The notes under the pieces: model-generated
The model's input: the letters and a program-made list of their open reading frames with translations, nothing else
Told to the model about the DNA's origin: nothing
Databases searched by the model: none
Assembly: GCF_044324875.1 (NCBI RefSeq)
Contig: NZ_CP172185.1
Source: Escherichia coli
Lineage (GTDB): Bacteria; Pseudomonadota; Gammaproteobacteria; Enterobacterales; Enterobacteriaceae
Direction: 5' to 3' (one strand)
Length of the DNA stretch: 64,000 nt
Part shown: in pieces, positions 11,300 to 22,054 of the stretch
How the letters are laid out: each line of letters begins with the position of its first letter
Numbering within the stretch: the first letter of the stretch is position 1
Position numbers and translations under genes: made by a program

Positions 11300-12184
11300 T
11301 TAACGTTTCGCAACGCGAATGGATTGCGCCAGATGTGCAGGTTTTTCTTTGGTCACTTTTTGCGTTTCTGAAGCGTAAGCCGTTTCTACACAAACAAAGG
11401 TTTTGTAGCCATCGTCCGGCATATCGCCCATGCTAACTGAAAGCGCCGGTCCTGGGTTCCAGCCAACGACGTTCAGATGATGCTGGTGGCCTACGGCGAT
11501 AATACGATTCAACGCTTCGTCATTAATCACGCTGCAATCTTGCGGATTCAGATACACGCGATCGGTACGGTCAGGGAAGGTCTGAATACCGTCGGTCAGT
11601 ACATCTTCTTTCGCGTCATTCACTTTATCAATGAAGCGATCGCCCAGTCCACTGACGCTTACCTTAGTGATATCACCCACGTTAAAGTAGGTATGCAGGG
11701 CAGAGGTGGTTTCAAATTCGCCGTGTGCTTCAAGATCGATTTCACAGGCTTTACCCACGCGGAAATGCGCTAATAGCGTAAAGTCGTGCGGCCAGAATTT
11801 TTTCGTCTCTTCGCTTTGTGTCAATTCAAAAGTCAGCGCTACGCCATCAGCATCTTCACGATGTGATTTCAGCGTCCACGGCAGGTTGCGGGCAAAACCG
11901 TGCGCAGGCAGACCTTGTTGTGCAGCCGGACCAAACCACGGCCAGCAAACCGGTACGCCACCGCGAATAGCGACGCCATTTTTGAACGGTGTGTTATTGC
12001 TCAACCACAGAACTTCTTCTTCACCTGCAGGTTTCCATGAGAGAAGGTGTGCGCCCTGTAATGCAAAAGAGGCTTTTACCTGGGGATGATCGACCACAAT
12101 GAGGTCCAGTTCATCCAGTTTACGACGGGAGAGGACAGGGGAGATTTGTTCGATGACCGGAAGGGCAAAAATTTTCTTAATCAT
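11300..12184 (-). CDS. yeaD: Glucose-6-phosphate 1-epimerase YeaD
   Basis: Recognised YeaD sequence (MIKKIFALPVIEQISPVLSRRKLDELDLIVVDHPQ...); the track ORF extends 7 codons upstream to 12205. Confidence 0.9.
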   Translation of the reverse strand: MIKKIFALPVIEQISPVLSRRKLDELDLIVVDHPQVKASFALQGAHLLSWKPAGEEEVLWLSNNTPFKNGVAIRGGVPVCWPWFGPAAQQGLPAHGFARNLPWTLKSHREDADGVALTFELTQSEETKKFWPHDFTLLAHFRVGKACEIDLEAHGEFETTSALHTYFNVGDITKVSVSGLGDRFIDKVNDAKEDVLTDGIQTFPDRTDRVYLNPQDCSVINDEALNRIIAVGHQHHLNVVGWNPGPALSVSMGDMPDDGYKTFVCVETAYASETQKVTKEKPAHLAQSIRVAKR

Positions 12185-12212
12185 GACGCAGTCCTTTAAC
12201 TTCATTTTATCA

Positions 12213-12249
12213 GGTAAAAAAAAGAGCGACCGAAGTCGCTCTTTTTAGA
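12213..12249 (-). terminator. Rho-independent terminator after gapA (possibly bidirectional, also after yeaD)
   Basis: Hairpin agagcgac-cgaa-gtcgctct flanked by an A-run on one side and a T-run on the other, between convergent-like gapA and yeaD ends. Confidence 0.55.
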
Positions 12250-12267
12250 TCACAGTGTCATCTCAAC

Positions 12268-13275
<1,008 letters not shown>

Positions 13276-13306
13276 CTATTTGTTAGTGAATAAAAGGTTG
13301 CCTGTA

Positions 13307-13334
13307 AAATTACAAAAACCTTACGCAGCGTCAA
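13307..13334 (-). promoter_or_regulatory. Candidate sigma70 promoter for gapA
   Basis: On the minus strand TTGACG (-35), 16-bp spacer, TAATTT (-10), about 45-70 bp upstream of the gapA start. Confidence 0.35.
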
Positions 13335-13604
13335 GCGGAATCGTGTCAATCATTGCGACAAATCAATCCTGTGCCTAAGCATTACGCGACTGACTCGCCT
13401 CACTCTTCCTTTGGGCTTGAGACCACATGGGGTCGGCGTCCCGAATTTTAAAGGGCAATTACGATAAAAATGTGACTTTCATCACGATTTAGGTGCAGCC
13501 ATTTCGTCGAGATCAAGTTTAGGACAAAATTTTGCCAGTTGGTGTTAATGTTTTGTTAGAATCAGTCACGTAATGTGAGCACGATTAAAGTGAGATGTGA
13601 GCAA

Positions 13605-14018
13605 ATGGCTAATAAACCTTCGGCAGAAGAACTGAAAAAAAATTTGTCCGAGATGCAGTTCTACGTGACGCAGAATCATGGGACAGAGCCGCCATTTACG
13701 GGTCGTTTACTGCATAACAAGCGTGACGGCGTATATCACTGTTTGATCTGCGATGCCCCGCTGTTTCATTCCCAAACCAAGTATGATTCCGGCTGTGGCT
13801 GGCCCAGTTTCTACGAACCGGTGAGTGAAGAATCCATTCGTTATATCAAAGACTTGTCACATGGAATGCAGCGCATAGAAATTCGTTGCGGTAACTGTGA
13901 TGCCCATCTGGGGCATGTCTTCCCCGACGGGCCGCAGCCAACGGGTGAACGTTATTGTGTTAACTCTGCCTCTTTACGCTTTGCCGATGGCGAAAACGGC
14001 GAAGAAATCAACGGTTGA
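13605..14018 (+). CDS. msrB: Peptide methionine-(R)-S-oxide reductase MsrB
   Basis: 137 aa from [12 protein letters not shown]...; two CxxC zinc motifs and catalytic Cys region (RYCVNSASL); track ORF extends 10 codons upstream. Confidence 0.93.
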   Translation: MANKPSAEELKKNLSEMQFYVTQNHGTEPPFTGRLLHNKRDGVYHCLICDAPLFHSQTKYDSGCGWPSFYEPVSEESIRYIKDLSHGMQRIEIRCGNCDAHLGHVFPDGPQPTGERYCVNSASLRFADGENGEEING

Positions 14019-14059
14019 AAAAACGATTCAGCAACTTATTCCACAGGAGCGGAAAAATT

Positions 14060-14332
14060 ATGAATCTTGATGACATTATCAACAGCATGACGCCTGAGGT
14101 ATACCAGCGTTTGTCGACCGCCGTTGAATTGGGGAAATGGCCTGATGGCGTTGCGTTGACCGAGGAACAAAAAGAGAACTGCCTGCAACTGGTGATGCTG
14201 TGGCAAGCCCGCAATAATACCGAAGCACAGCATATGACAATTGACACAAATGGTCAGATGGTCATGAAGAGCAAACAACAGTTAAAAGAAGACTTTGGTA
14301 TCTCAGCAAAGCCTATTGCCATGTTTAAGTAA
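14060..14332 (+). CDS. yeaC: YeaC (DUF1315 family small protein)
   Basis: 90 aa from MNLDDIINSMTPEVYQRLSTAVELGKWPDG...; immediately downstream of msrB. Confidence 0.85.
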   Translation: MNLDDIINSMTPEVYQRLSTAVELGKWPDGVALTEEQKENCLQLVMLWQARNNTEAQHMTIDTNGQMVMKSKQQLKEDFGISAKPIAMFK

Positions 14333-14580
14333 GTGGTTTGTCCCCTTTTTGCCGCGGTTATAAAGGGGATAGCCAACAATAACCCACGACTCATCTCAAT
14401 TATCTCGTCACGACCAGGCTAAGTCCCAGCCCGGTCTCTTGCAGTCGCGTTCACGCCTGAATGACTTCTCCTGAACTTAAGTCTCAGACCTATTTGGCCG
14501 GTAATCCCTCTCAAATTTGCTCATTTTGCGTTCCGCCTTCCATCAACCTGTAACAGATCCAGCCATTTTCTGCGTAATTG

Positions 14581-14606
14581 TGATCTGAGTTGTAAAACGC
14601 AGATCA
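14581..14606. promoter_or_regulatory. Perfect 7-bp inverted repeat (GATCTGA...CAGATCA) upstream of ydjL; candidate operator
   Basis: tGATCTGagttgtaaaacgCAGATCa, about 95 bp upstream of the ydjL start; no coding assignment. Confidence 0.25.
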
Positions 14607-14700
14607 TTATCTGTGTTCTACAGATTTAATGTTGACCTCAAAAATCATGTGGGTAAGTATGATGACCATCTAAGCAAAACAAAACACAGAGGATGACGCA

Positions 14701-15777
14701 ATGAAAGCACTGGCTCGGTTTGGCAAAGCCTTTGGCGGCTACAAGATGATCGATGTCCCACAACCCATTTGTGGCCCGGAAGATGTAGTGATTGAAATTA
14801 AAGCCGCGGCAATCTGCGGCGCAGACATGAAGCACTACAATGTCGATAGCGGTTCTGATGAGTTTAACTCTATCCGCGGCCATGAGTTCGCAGGTTGTAT
14901 TGCGCAGGTTGGTGAAAAAGTCAAAGACTGGAAAGTGGGGCAACGCGTCGTGTCGGATAACAGCGGTCACGTCTGCGGCGTTTGTCCGGCCTGTGAACAA
15001 GGTGATTTTCTGTGTTGTACAGAAAAAGTAAACCTTGGTCTGGATAACAATACCTGGGGCGGTGGTTTTTCCAAATATTGTCTTGTTCCTGGTGAAATTC
15101 TCAAAATTCATCGTCATGCGTTGTGGGAAATCCCTGATGGTGTTGATTATGAGGACGCAGCCGTACTTGACCCTATCTGTAATGCCTACAAATCCATCGC
15201 GCAGCAATCGAAATTCCTTCCTGGTCAGGATGTGGTCGTCATCGGCACTGGCCCACTCGGGCTGTTCTCCGTACAAATGGCGCGGATTATGGGGGCGGTA
15301 AATATCGTCGTCGTTGGTCTGCAAGAAGATGTGGCGGTCAGCTTTCCGGTTGCAAAAGAACTGGGTGCGACGACTGTAGTAAATGGTTCTACCGAAGATG
15401 TGGTGGCGCGCTGCCAGCAAATTTGTGGCAAAGACAATCTGGGACTGGTGATTGAATGCTCCGGTGCCAATATCGCACTGAAACAAGCCATCGAAATGCT
15501 CCGTCCGAACGGGGAAGTGGTACGCGTTGGAATGGGCTTCAAACCTCTTGATTTCTCGATTAATGACATTACCGCCTGGAACAAAAGCATCATTGGGCAT
15601 ATGGCCTATGACTCCACCTCATGGCGTAACGCTCTCCGGCTATTAGCCAGCGGCGCTATCAACGTCAAACCGATGATCACGCATCGTATCGGCCTGTCGC
15701 AATGGCGCGAAGGGTTTGATGCGATGGTCGATAAAACCGCAATCAAAGTGATCATGACTTACGACTTTGATGAATAA
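14701..15777 (+). CDS. ydjL: Zn-dependent alcohol/polyol dehydrogenase YdjL
   Basis: 358-aa ORF with MDR-superfamily zinc ligands (CGADMKH, GHEFAG) and Rossmann motif VIGTGPLG. Confidence 0.88.
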   Translation: MKALARFGKAFGGYKMIDVPQPICGPEDVVIEIKAAAICGADMKHYNVDSGSDEFNSIRGHEFAGCIAQVGEKVKDWKVGQRVVSDNSGHVCGVCPACEQGDFLCCTEKVNLGLDNNTWGGGFSKYCLVPGEILKIHRHALWEIPDGVDYEDAAVLDPICNAYKSIAQQSKFLPGQDVVVIGTGPLGLFSVQMARIMGAVNIVVVGLQEDVAVSFPVAKELGATTVVNGSTEDVVARCQQICGKDNLGLVIECSGANIALKQAIEMLRPNGEVVRVGMGFKPLDFSINDITAWNKSIIGHMAYDSTSWRNALRLLASGAINVKPMITHRIGLSQWREGFDAMVDKTAIKVIMTYDFDE

Positions 15778-15803
15778 CTACTCTCCTGAAGGAACGTTAT
15801 CGC

Positions 15804-17183
15804 ATGGAACAGATAACAAAACCGCATTGTGGTGCACGGCTGGATCGCTTACCGGATTGCCGCTGGCATTCGTCAATGTTTGCCATCGTCGCGTTTGGCT
15901 TGCTTGTCTGCTGGAGTAATGCCGTTGGTGGCTTGATCCTCGCGCAGCTGAAAGAGTTGGGCTGGACAGATAATTCCACCACTGCCACATTCTCAGCAAT
16001 CACGACCGCCGGAATGTTTCTCGGTGCGCTGGTTGGCGGCATCATCGGTGACAAAACCGGTCGCAGAAATGCGTTCATCCTCTATGAGGCCATTCATATT
16101 GCCTCGATGGTGGTCGGTGCTTTTTCACCGAATATGGATTTCCTTATTGCCTGCCGTTTTGTGATGGGCGTTGGGCTGGGAGCTTTACTGGTGACGCTGT
16201 TTGCTGGTTTCACCGAATATATGCCCGGTAGAAATCGCGGAACGTGGTCCAGTCGGGTTTCTTTTATTGGCAACTGGTCATATCCGCTCTGTTCATTGAT
16301 TGCGATGGGACTCACGCCGCTGATTAGTGCAGAGTGGAACTGGCGGGTACAACTGCTTATCCCTGCAATATTGTCGCTTATCGCTACGGCGCTGGCCTGG
16401 CGCTACTTTCCTGAATCCCCGCGCTGGCTGGAATCGCGCGGACGGTATCAGGAAGCCGAGAAAGTCATGCGGAGTATAGAAGAAGGCGTCATACGCCAGA
16501 CGGGAAAACCTTTGCCGCCCGTGGTTATTGCTGATGACGGTAAAGCGCCACAAGCGGTGCCGTATTCAGCCTTACTGACAGGAGTATTACTGAAACGCGT
16601 GATATTAGGTTCTTGTGTGCTGATTGCCATGAACGTTGTGCAGTACACACTAATTAACTGGTTGCCAACAATATTCATGACCCAGGGGATTAATTTAAAA
16701 GACTCGATTGTTTTAAATACCATGAGTATGTTTGGTGCGCCATTTGGTATTTTTATTGCCATGCTGGTGATGGATAAAATTCCGCGTAAAACAATGGGTG
16801 TGGGGCTATTAATCCTGATTGCGGTGCTCGGATATATCTATTCACTGCAAACCAGTATGTTGCTCATAACGCTGATTGGTTTCTTCCTGATTACTTTCGT
16901 CTATATGTACGTTTGCTATGCCTCGGCAGTGTATGTCCCTGAGATCTGGCCGACAGAGGCCAAATTACGTGGCTCCGGTCTGGCGAATGCGGTAGGGCGA
17001 ATCAGTGGTATTGCCGCACCTTATGCCGTTGCAGTGCTGCTCAGTAGTTATGGCGTAACGGGAGTCTTTATTCTTCTGGGGGCTGTTTCAATTATTGTCG
17101 CAATTGCTATCGCCACCATTGGAATTGAAACTAAAGGTGTCTCCGTTGAAAGTTTAAGTATTGATGCAGTAGTCAATAAATAA
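15804..17183 (+). CDS. ydjK: MFS transporter YdjK
   Basis: 459-aa ORF, 12-TM MFS topology, GDKTGRR-type loop motif. Confidence 0.88.
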   Translation: MEQITKPHCGARLDRLPDCRWHSSMFAIVAFGLLVCWSNAVGGLILAQLKELGWTDNSTTATFSAITTAGMFLGALVGGIIGDKTGRRNAFILYEAIHIASMVVGAFSPNMDFLIACRFVMGVGLGALLVTLFAGFTEYMPGRNRGTWSSRVSFIGNWSYPLCSLIAMGLTPLISAEWNWRVQLLIPAILSLIATALAWRYFPESPRWLESRGRYQEAEKVMRSIEEGVIRQTGKPLPPVVIADDGKAPQAVPYSALLTGVLLKRVILGSCVLIAMNVVQYTLINWLPTIFMTQGINLKDSIVLNTMSMFGAPFGIFIAMLVMDKIPRKTMGVGLLILIAVLGYIYSLQTSMLLITLIGFFLITFVYMYVCYASAVYVPEIWPTEAKLRGSGLANAVGRISGIAAPYAVAVLLSSYGVTGVFILLGAVSIIVAIAIATIGIETKGVSVESLSIDAVVNK

Positions 17184-17199
17184 TACTGGTGGATTCAAA

Positions 17200-18243
17200 A
17201 TGAAAAATTCAAAAGCAATATTGCAGGTGCCGGGCATAATGAAAATTATTTCAGCAGAAATACCTGTGCCTAAAGAAGATGAAGTTTTGATTAAAGTGGA
17301 ATATGTCGGTATTTGTGGTTCAGATGTACATGGTTTTGAATCAGGCCCGTTTATTCCGCCTAAAGACCCAAATCAAGAAATTGGCCTGGGACATGAATGC
17401 GCCGGGACGGTTGTGGCTGTGGGAAGCCGTGTGCGCAAATTTAAAGCGGGGGATCGGGTAAATATCGAACCTGGCGTTCCTTGCGGTCACTGTCGTTACT
17501 GTCTGGAAGGCAAATATAACATCTGCCCGGACGTTGATTTTATGGCGACACAACCTAACTACCGCGGCGCATTAACGCACTATCTGTGTCATCCGGAGAG
17601 CTTTACTTACAAACTGCCCGACAATATGGACACGATGGAAGGGGCGCTGGTGGAGCCTGCCGCAGTCGGGATGCATGCCGCGATGCTGGCAGATGTTAAA
17701 CCGGGTAAGAAGATAATTATTCTGGGAGCGGGTTGTATTGGTTTGATGACGTTGCAAGCGTGCAAATGCCTGGGAGCTACGGATATTGCCGTCGTTGATG
17801 TACTGGAAAAACGTCTGACAATGGCGGAACAGCTCGGCGCGACAGTGGTTATTAACGGCGCAAAAGAAGACACTATTGCACGCTGTCAGCAATTTACCGA
17901 AGAAATGGGCGCAGATATTGTTTTCGAAACAGCGGGTTCTGCGGTCACCGTTAAACAGGCACCTTATCTGGTAATGCGCGGCGGTAAAATTATGATTGTT
18001 GGTACTGTACCGGGCGATTCGGCAATCAATTTCCTCAAAATCAATCGCGAAGTCACTATTCAGACAGTATTCCGCTATGCCAATCGTTATCCGGTCACGA
18101 TTGAAGCTATTTCCTCAGGGCGATTCGATGTGAAATCGATGGTGACACATATTTACGATTATCAGGATGTACAACAGGCATTTGAAGAGTCGGTTAACAA
18201 CAAACGCGACATTATTAAAGGCGTTATTAAAATTAGCGATTAA
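17200..18243 (+). CDS. ydjJ: Zn-dependent dehydrogenase YdjJ
   Basis: 347-aa ORF with MDR zinc motifs (CGSDVHGF, GHECAG) and Rossmann ILGAGCIG. Confidence 0.88.
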   Translation: MKNSKAILQVPGIMKIISAEIPVPKEDEVLIKVEYVGICGSDVHGFESGPFIPPKDPNQEIGLGHECAGTVVAVGSRVRKFKAGDRVNIEPGVPCGHCRYCLEGKYNICPDVDFMATQPNYRGALTHYLCHPESFTYKLPDNMDTMEGALVEPAAVGMHAAMLADVKPGKKIIILGAGCIGLMTLQACKCLGATDIAVVDVLEKRLTMAEQLGATVVINGAKEDTIARCQQFTEEMGADIVFETAGSAVTVKQAPYLVMRGGKIMIVGTVPGDSAINFLKINREVTIQTVFRYANRYPVTIEAISSGRFDVKSMVTHIYDYQDVQQAFEESVNNKRDIIKGVIKISD

Positions 18244-18263
18244 TTAATACGGGAGAACAGAAT

Positions 18264-19100
18264 ATGCTCGCAGATATCAGATATTGGGAAAACGATGCTA
18301 CAAATAAACATTATGCAATTGCCCATTTTAACGTATGGAATGCAGAAATGTTGATGGGCGTTATCGACGCAGCCGAAGAAGCGAAATCACCGGTTATTAT
18401 TTCTTTTGGTACAGGTTTTGTCGGGAACACCTCATTTGAAGATTTCTCTCACATGATGGTATCAATGGCAAAAAAAGCAACGGTGCCGGTAATAACTCAT
18501 TGGGATCATGGTCGGAGTATGGAAATTATTCATAACGCCTGGACTCATGGTATGAATTCATTAATGCGTGATGCTTCCGCATTTGATTTCGAAGAAAATA
18601 TTCGTTTAACCAAAGAGGCTGTTGATTTCTTCCATCCGCTGGGTATTCCGGTAGAGGCAGAATTAGGGCATGTCGGCAATGAAACCGTTTATGAAGAAGC
18701 GCTGGCGGGCTATCACTATACCGATCCTGACCAGGCGGCTGAATTTGTTGAACGTACGGGCTGTGACTCATTGGCTGTCGCCATCGGCAACCAGCATGGG
18801 GTTTATACGTCAGAGCCACAATTGAACTTTGAGGTCGTCAAACGCGTACGCGATGCTGTTTCTGTTCCGCTGGTTTTGCACGGCGCATCGGGGATCAGTG
18901 ATACCGACATTAAAACTGCAATTTCGTTGGGTATCGCGAAAATCAACATTCATACGGAGCTCTGTCAGGCCGCAATGGTAGCAGTGAAAGAAAACCAGGA
19001 TCAGCCTTTCCTGCATTTAGAACGTGAAGTACGTAAAGCTGTAAAAGAACGGGCATTGGAAAAAATTAAACTGTTCGGTTCTGATGGCAAAGCGGAATAA
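18264..19100 (+). CDS. ydjI: Class II (metal-dependent) ketose-bisphosphate aldolase YdjI
   Basis: 278-aa ORF with class II aldolase signatures (LVLHGASG, HTELC region). Confidence 0.88.
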   Translation: MLADIRYWENDATNKHYAIAHFNVWNAEMLMGVIDAAEEAKSPVIISFGTGFVGNTSFEDFSHMMVSMAKKATVPVITHWDHGRSMEIIHNAWTHGMNSLMRDASAFDFEENIRLTKEAVDFFHPLGIPVEAELGHVGNETVYEEALAGYHYTDPDQAAEFVERTGCDSLAVAIGNQHGVYTSEPQLNFEVVKRVRDAVSVPLVLHGASGISDTDIKTAISLGIAKINIHTELCQAAMVAVKENQDQPFLHLEREVRKAVKERALEKIKLFGSDGKAE

Positions 19101-19104
19101 TGAT

Positions 19105-20052
19105 ATGGATAATCTCGACGTTATTTGTATAGGTGCCGCTATTGTTGATATTCCATTGCAACCGGTCAGTAAAAATATCTTTGATGTGGATTCTTATCCT
19201 CTTGAAAGAATCGCAATGACCACCGGGGGTGATGCAATAAATGAAGCAACAATTATTTCTCGTCTGGGCCATCGCACAGCATTAATGAGTCGTGTTGGTA
19301 AAGATGCCGCAGGACAATTTATTCTCGACCATTGCCGCAAAGAGAATATTGATATTCAAAGCCTGAAGCAGGACGTCAGCATAGATACCTCTATTAACGT
19401 TGGACTGGTGACGGAGGATGGCGAGCGGACGTTTGTCACAAACCGTAACGGCAGTCTGTGGAAATTGAATATTGACGATGTTGATTTTGCGCGGTTTTCT
19501 CAGGCGAAATTATTATCACTGGCCAGTATTTTCAACAGTCCTCTATTGGATGGTAAAGCGCTAACAGAAATTTTTACGCAAGCTAAAGCCCGGCAGATGA
19601 TTATCTGTGCCGATATGATCAAACCACGGTTGAATGAAACGCTGGATGATATTTGCGAAGCATTGAGTTTTGTCGATTATCTATTTCCTAATTTTGCCGA
19701 GGCAAAATTACTCACCGGGAAAGAGACACTGGATGAAATTGCTGACTGCTTTCTTGCGTGCGGCGTAAAAACGGTGGTGATTAAAACGGGTAAAGACGGC
19801 TGCTTTATCAAGCGTGGTGACATGACGATGAAGGTGCCGGCGGTCGCAGGAATAACCGCCATCGACACCATTGGCGCGGGCGATAACTTTGCTTCAGGTT
19901 TTATTGCGGCACTGTTAGAAGGCAAAAATCTGCGTGAATGCGCACGCTTTGCCAATGCAACGGCGGCTATCTCGGTTCTAAGCGTCGGTGCCACCACCGG
20001 CGTAAAAAACAGAAAGCTGGTCGAACAATTGCTGGAAGAATACGAAGGATAA
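19105..20052 (+). CDS. ydjH: PfkB-family sugar kinase YdjH
   Basis: 315 aa from MDNLDVICIGAAIVD...; C-terminal PfkB motif DTIGAGDNF; track ORF extends 7 codons upstream. Confidence 0.85.
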   Translation: MDNLDVICIGAAIVDIPLQPVSKNIFDVDSYPLERIAMTTGGDAINEATIISRLGHRTALMSRVGKDAAGQFILDHCRKENIDIQSLKQDVSIDTSINVGLVTEDGERTFVTNRNGSLWKLNIDDVDFARFSQAKLLSLASIFNSPLLDGKALTEIFTQAKARQMIICADMIKPRLNETLDDICEALSFVDYLFPNFAEAKLLTGKETLDEIADCFLACGVKTVVIKTGKDGCFIKRGDMTMKVPAVAGITAIDTIGAGDNFASGFIAALLEGKNLRECARFANATAAISVLSVGATTGVKNRKLVEQLLEEYEG

Positions 20053-20061
20053 TGAAGGCAA

Positions 20062-21042
20062 ATGAAAAAGATACCTTTAGGCACAACGGATATTACGCTT
20101 TCGCGAATGGGGTTGGGGACATGGGCCATTGGCGGCGGTCCTGCATGGAATGGCGATCTCGATCAGCAAATATGTATTGATACGATTCTTGAAGCCCATC
20201 GTTGTGGCATTAATCTGATTGATACTGCGCCAGGATATAACTTTGGCAATAGTGAAGTTATCGTCGGTCAGGCGTTAAAAAAACTGCCCCGTGAACAGGT
20301 TGTAGTAGAAACCAAATGCGGCATTGTCTGGGAACGAAAAGGAAGTTTATTCAACAAAGTTGGCGATCGGCAGTTGTATAAAAACCTTTCCCCGGAATCT
20401 ATCCGCGAAGAGGTAGAAGCCAGCTTGCAACGTCTGGGTATTGATTACATCGATATCTACATGACGCACTGGCAGTCGGTGCCGCCATTTTTTACGCCGA
20501 TCGCTGAAACTGTCGCAGTGCTCAATGAGTTAAAGGCCGAAGGGAAAATTCGCGCTATAGGCGCTGCTAACGTCGATGCTGACCATATCCGCGAGTATCT
20601 GCAATATGGTGAACTGGATATTATTCAGGCGAAATACAGTATCCTCGACCGGGCAATGGAAAGCGAACTGCTGCCGCTATGTCGTGATAATGGCATTGTG
20701 GTACAGGTTTATTCCCCGTTAGAGCAGGGATTGTTGACCGGTACCATCACTCGTGATTACGTCCCGGGCGGCGCTCGGGCAAATAAAGTCTGGTTCCAGC
20801 GTGAAAACATGCTGAAAGTGATTGATATGCTTGAACAGTGGCAGCCACTCTGTGCTCGTTATCAGTGCACAATTCCCACTCTGGCACTGGCGTGGATATT
20901 AAAACAGAGTGATTTAATCTCCATTCTTAGTGGGGCTACTGCACCGGAACAGGTACGCGAAAATGTCGCGGCATTGAATATCAACTTATCGGATGCAGAC
21001 GCAACATTGATGAGGGAAATGGCAGAGGCCCTGGAGCGTTAA
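20062..21042 (+). CDS. ydjG: Aldo-keto reductase YdjG
   Basis: 326-aa ORF with AKR fold signatures (GTWAIGG, IDTAPGY). Confidence 0.88.
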   Translation: MKKIPLGTTDITLSRMGLGTWAIGGGPAWNGDLDQQICIDTILEAHRCGINLIDTAPGYNFGNSEVIVGQALKKLPREQVVVETKCGIVWERKGSLFNKVGDRQLYKNLSPESIREEVEASLQRLGIDYIDIYMTHWQSVPPFFTPIAETVAVLNELKAEGKIRAIGAANVDADHIREYLQYGELDIIQAKYSILDRAMESELLPLCRDNGIVVQVYSPLEQGLLTGTITRDYVPGGARANKVWFQRENMLKVIDMLEQWQPLCARYQCTIPTLALAWILKQSDLISILSGATAPEQVRENVAALNINLSDADATLMREMAEALER

Positions 21043-21178
21043 ATACTCAACACGATTCACCTCTGTTTCTGTGAAAACTGTGATGAAAATCTGTGATTCA
21101 AACAGGTTATTTTGAAAGTAAACATCAATTATGCGATAATCGCGCTAATGTGATGTAAAAAGATACAGGGGTGTAATC

Positions 21179-21937
21179 GTGGCGGCAAAAGACAGGATTC
21201 AGGCAATTAAGCAAATGGTTGCCAACGATAAAAAGGTGACAGTCTCAAATTTGAGTGGGATTTTTCAGGTAACCGAAGAAACCATTCGCCGCGATCTTGA
21301 GAAGCTGGAAGATGAAGGCTTTTTGACCAGAACCTATGGTGGTGCTGTTTTAAATACAGCGATGTTGACGGAGAATATCCATTTTTATAAGCGCGCTTCA
21401 TCGTTTTATGAAGAGAAGCAGCTTATTGCACGCAAGGCACTACCCTTTATCGACAATAAAACCACCATGGCAGCCGATTCCAGTAGTACCGTAATGGAAT
21501 TGCTCAAATTGTTACAGGACCGTAGTGACCTGACGTTGCTAACCAACTCGGCGGAAGCGATTCATGTTCTGGCTCAGTCAGAAATTAAAGTCGTTTCAAC
21601 GGGTGGGGAACTAAACAAAAATACACTTTCCCTGCAAGGAAGAATTACTAAAGAGATCATCAGCCGCTACCATGTCGATATCATGGTAATGAGTTGTAAA
21701 GGTCTAGATATTAACAGTGGCGCGCTGGACTCTAACGAAGCGGAAGCTGAAATCAAAAAGACAATGATCCGTCAGGCGACAGAGGTTGCGTTATTGGTTG
21801 ATCACTCTAAGTTTGATCGCAAAGCTTTTGTCCAGTTAGCTGACTTTAGTCATATTAATTACATAATAACTGATAAATCACCGGGTGCAGAGTGGATAGC
21901 ATTTTGCAAAGACAATAATATCCAGCTGGTGTGGTAA
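21179..21937 (+). CDS. ydjF: DeoR-family transcriptional regulator YdjF
   Basis: 252-aa ORF with GTG start; N-terminal DeoR HTH (VTVSNLSGIFQVTEETIRRDLEKLE) and C-terminal sugar-phosphate-binding domain. Confidence 0.88.
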   Translation: MAAKDRIQAIKQMVANDKKVTVSNLSGIFQVTEETIRRDLEKLEDEGFLTRTYGGAVLNTAMLTENIHFYKRASSFYEEKQLIARKALPFIDNKTTMAADSSSTVMELLKLLQDRSDLTLLTNSAEAIHVLAQSEIKVVSTGGELNKNTLSLQGRITKEIISRYHVDIMVMSCKGLDINSGALDSNEAEAEIKKTMIRQATEVALLVDHSKFDRKAFVQLADFSHINYIITDKSPGAEWIAFCKDNNIQLVW

Positions 21938-22054
21938 TTTAAGCACACGTTGTCAATATTATTTGTTCCTGCGCCTGGAAAATAAAATGATGGTAAAGAT
22001 GCGGCAAGTGAATTTGCCGCAATTGCTACCTTTTTAGCAAATCCGAGGCACCTA

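Noticed and set aside
14638-15600. 320-aa minus-strand ORF
   Set aside because: Antisense to ydjL (recognised Zn-dehydrogenase with motifs in the plus frame).
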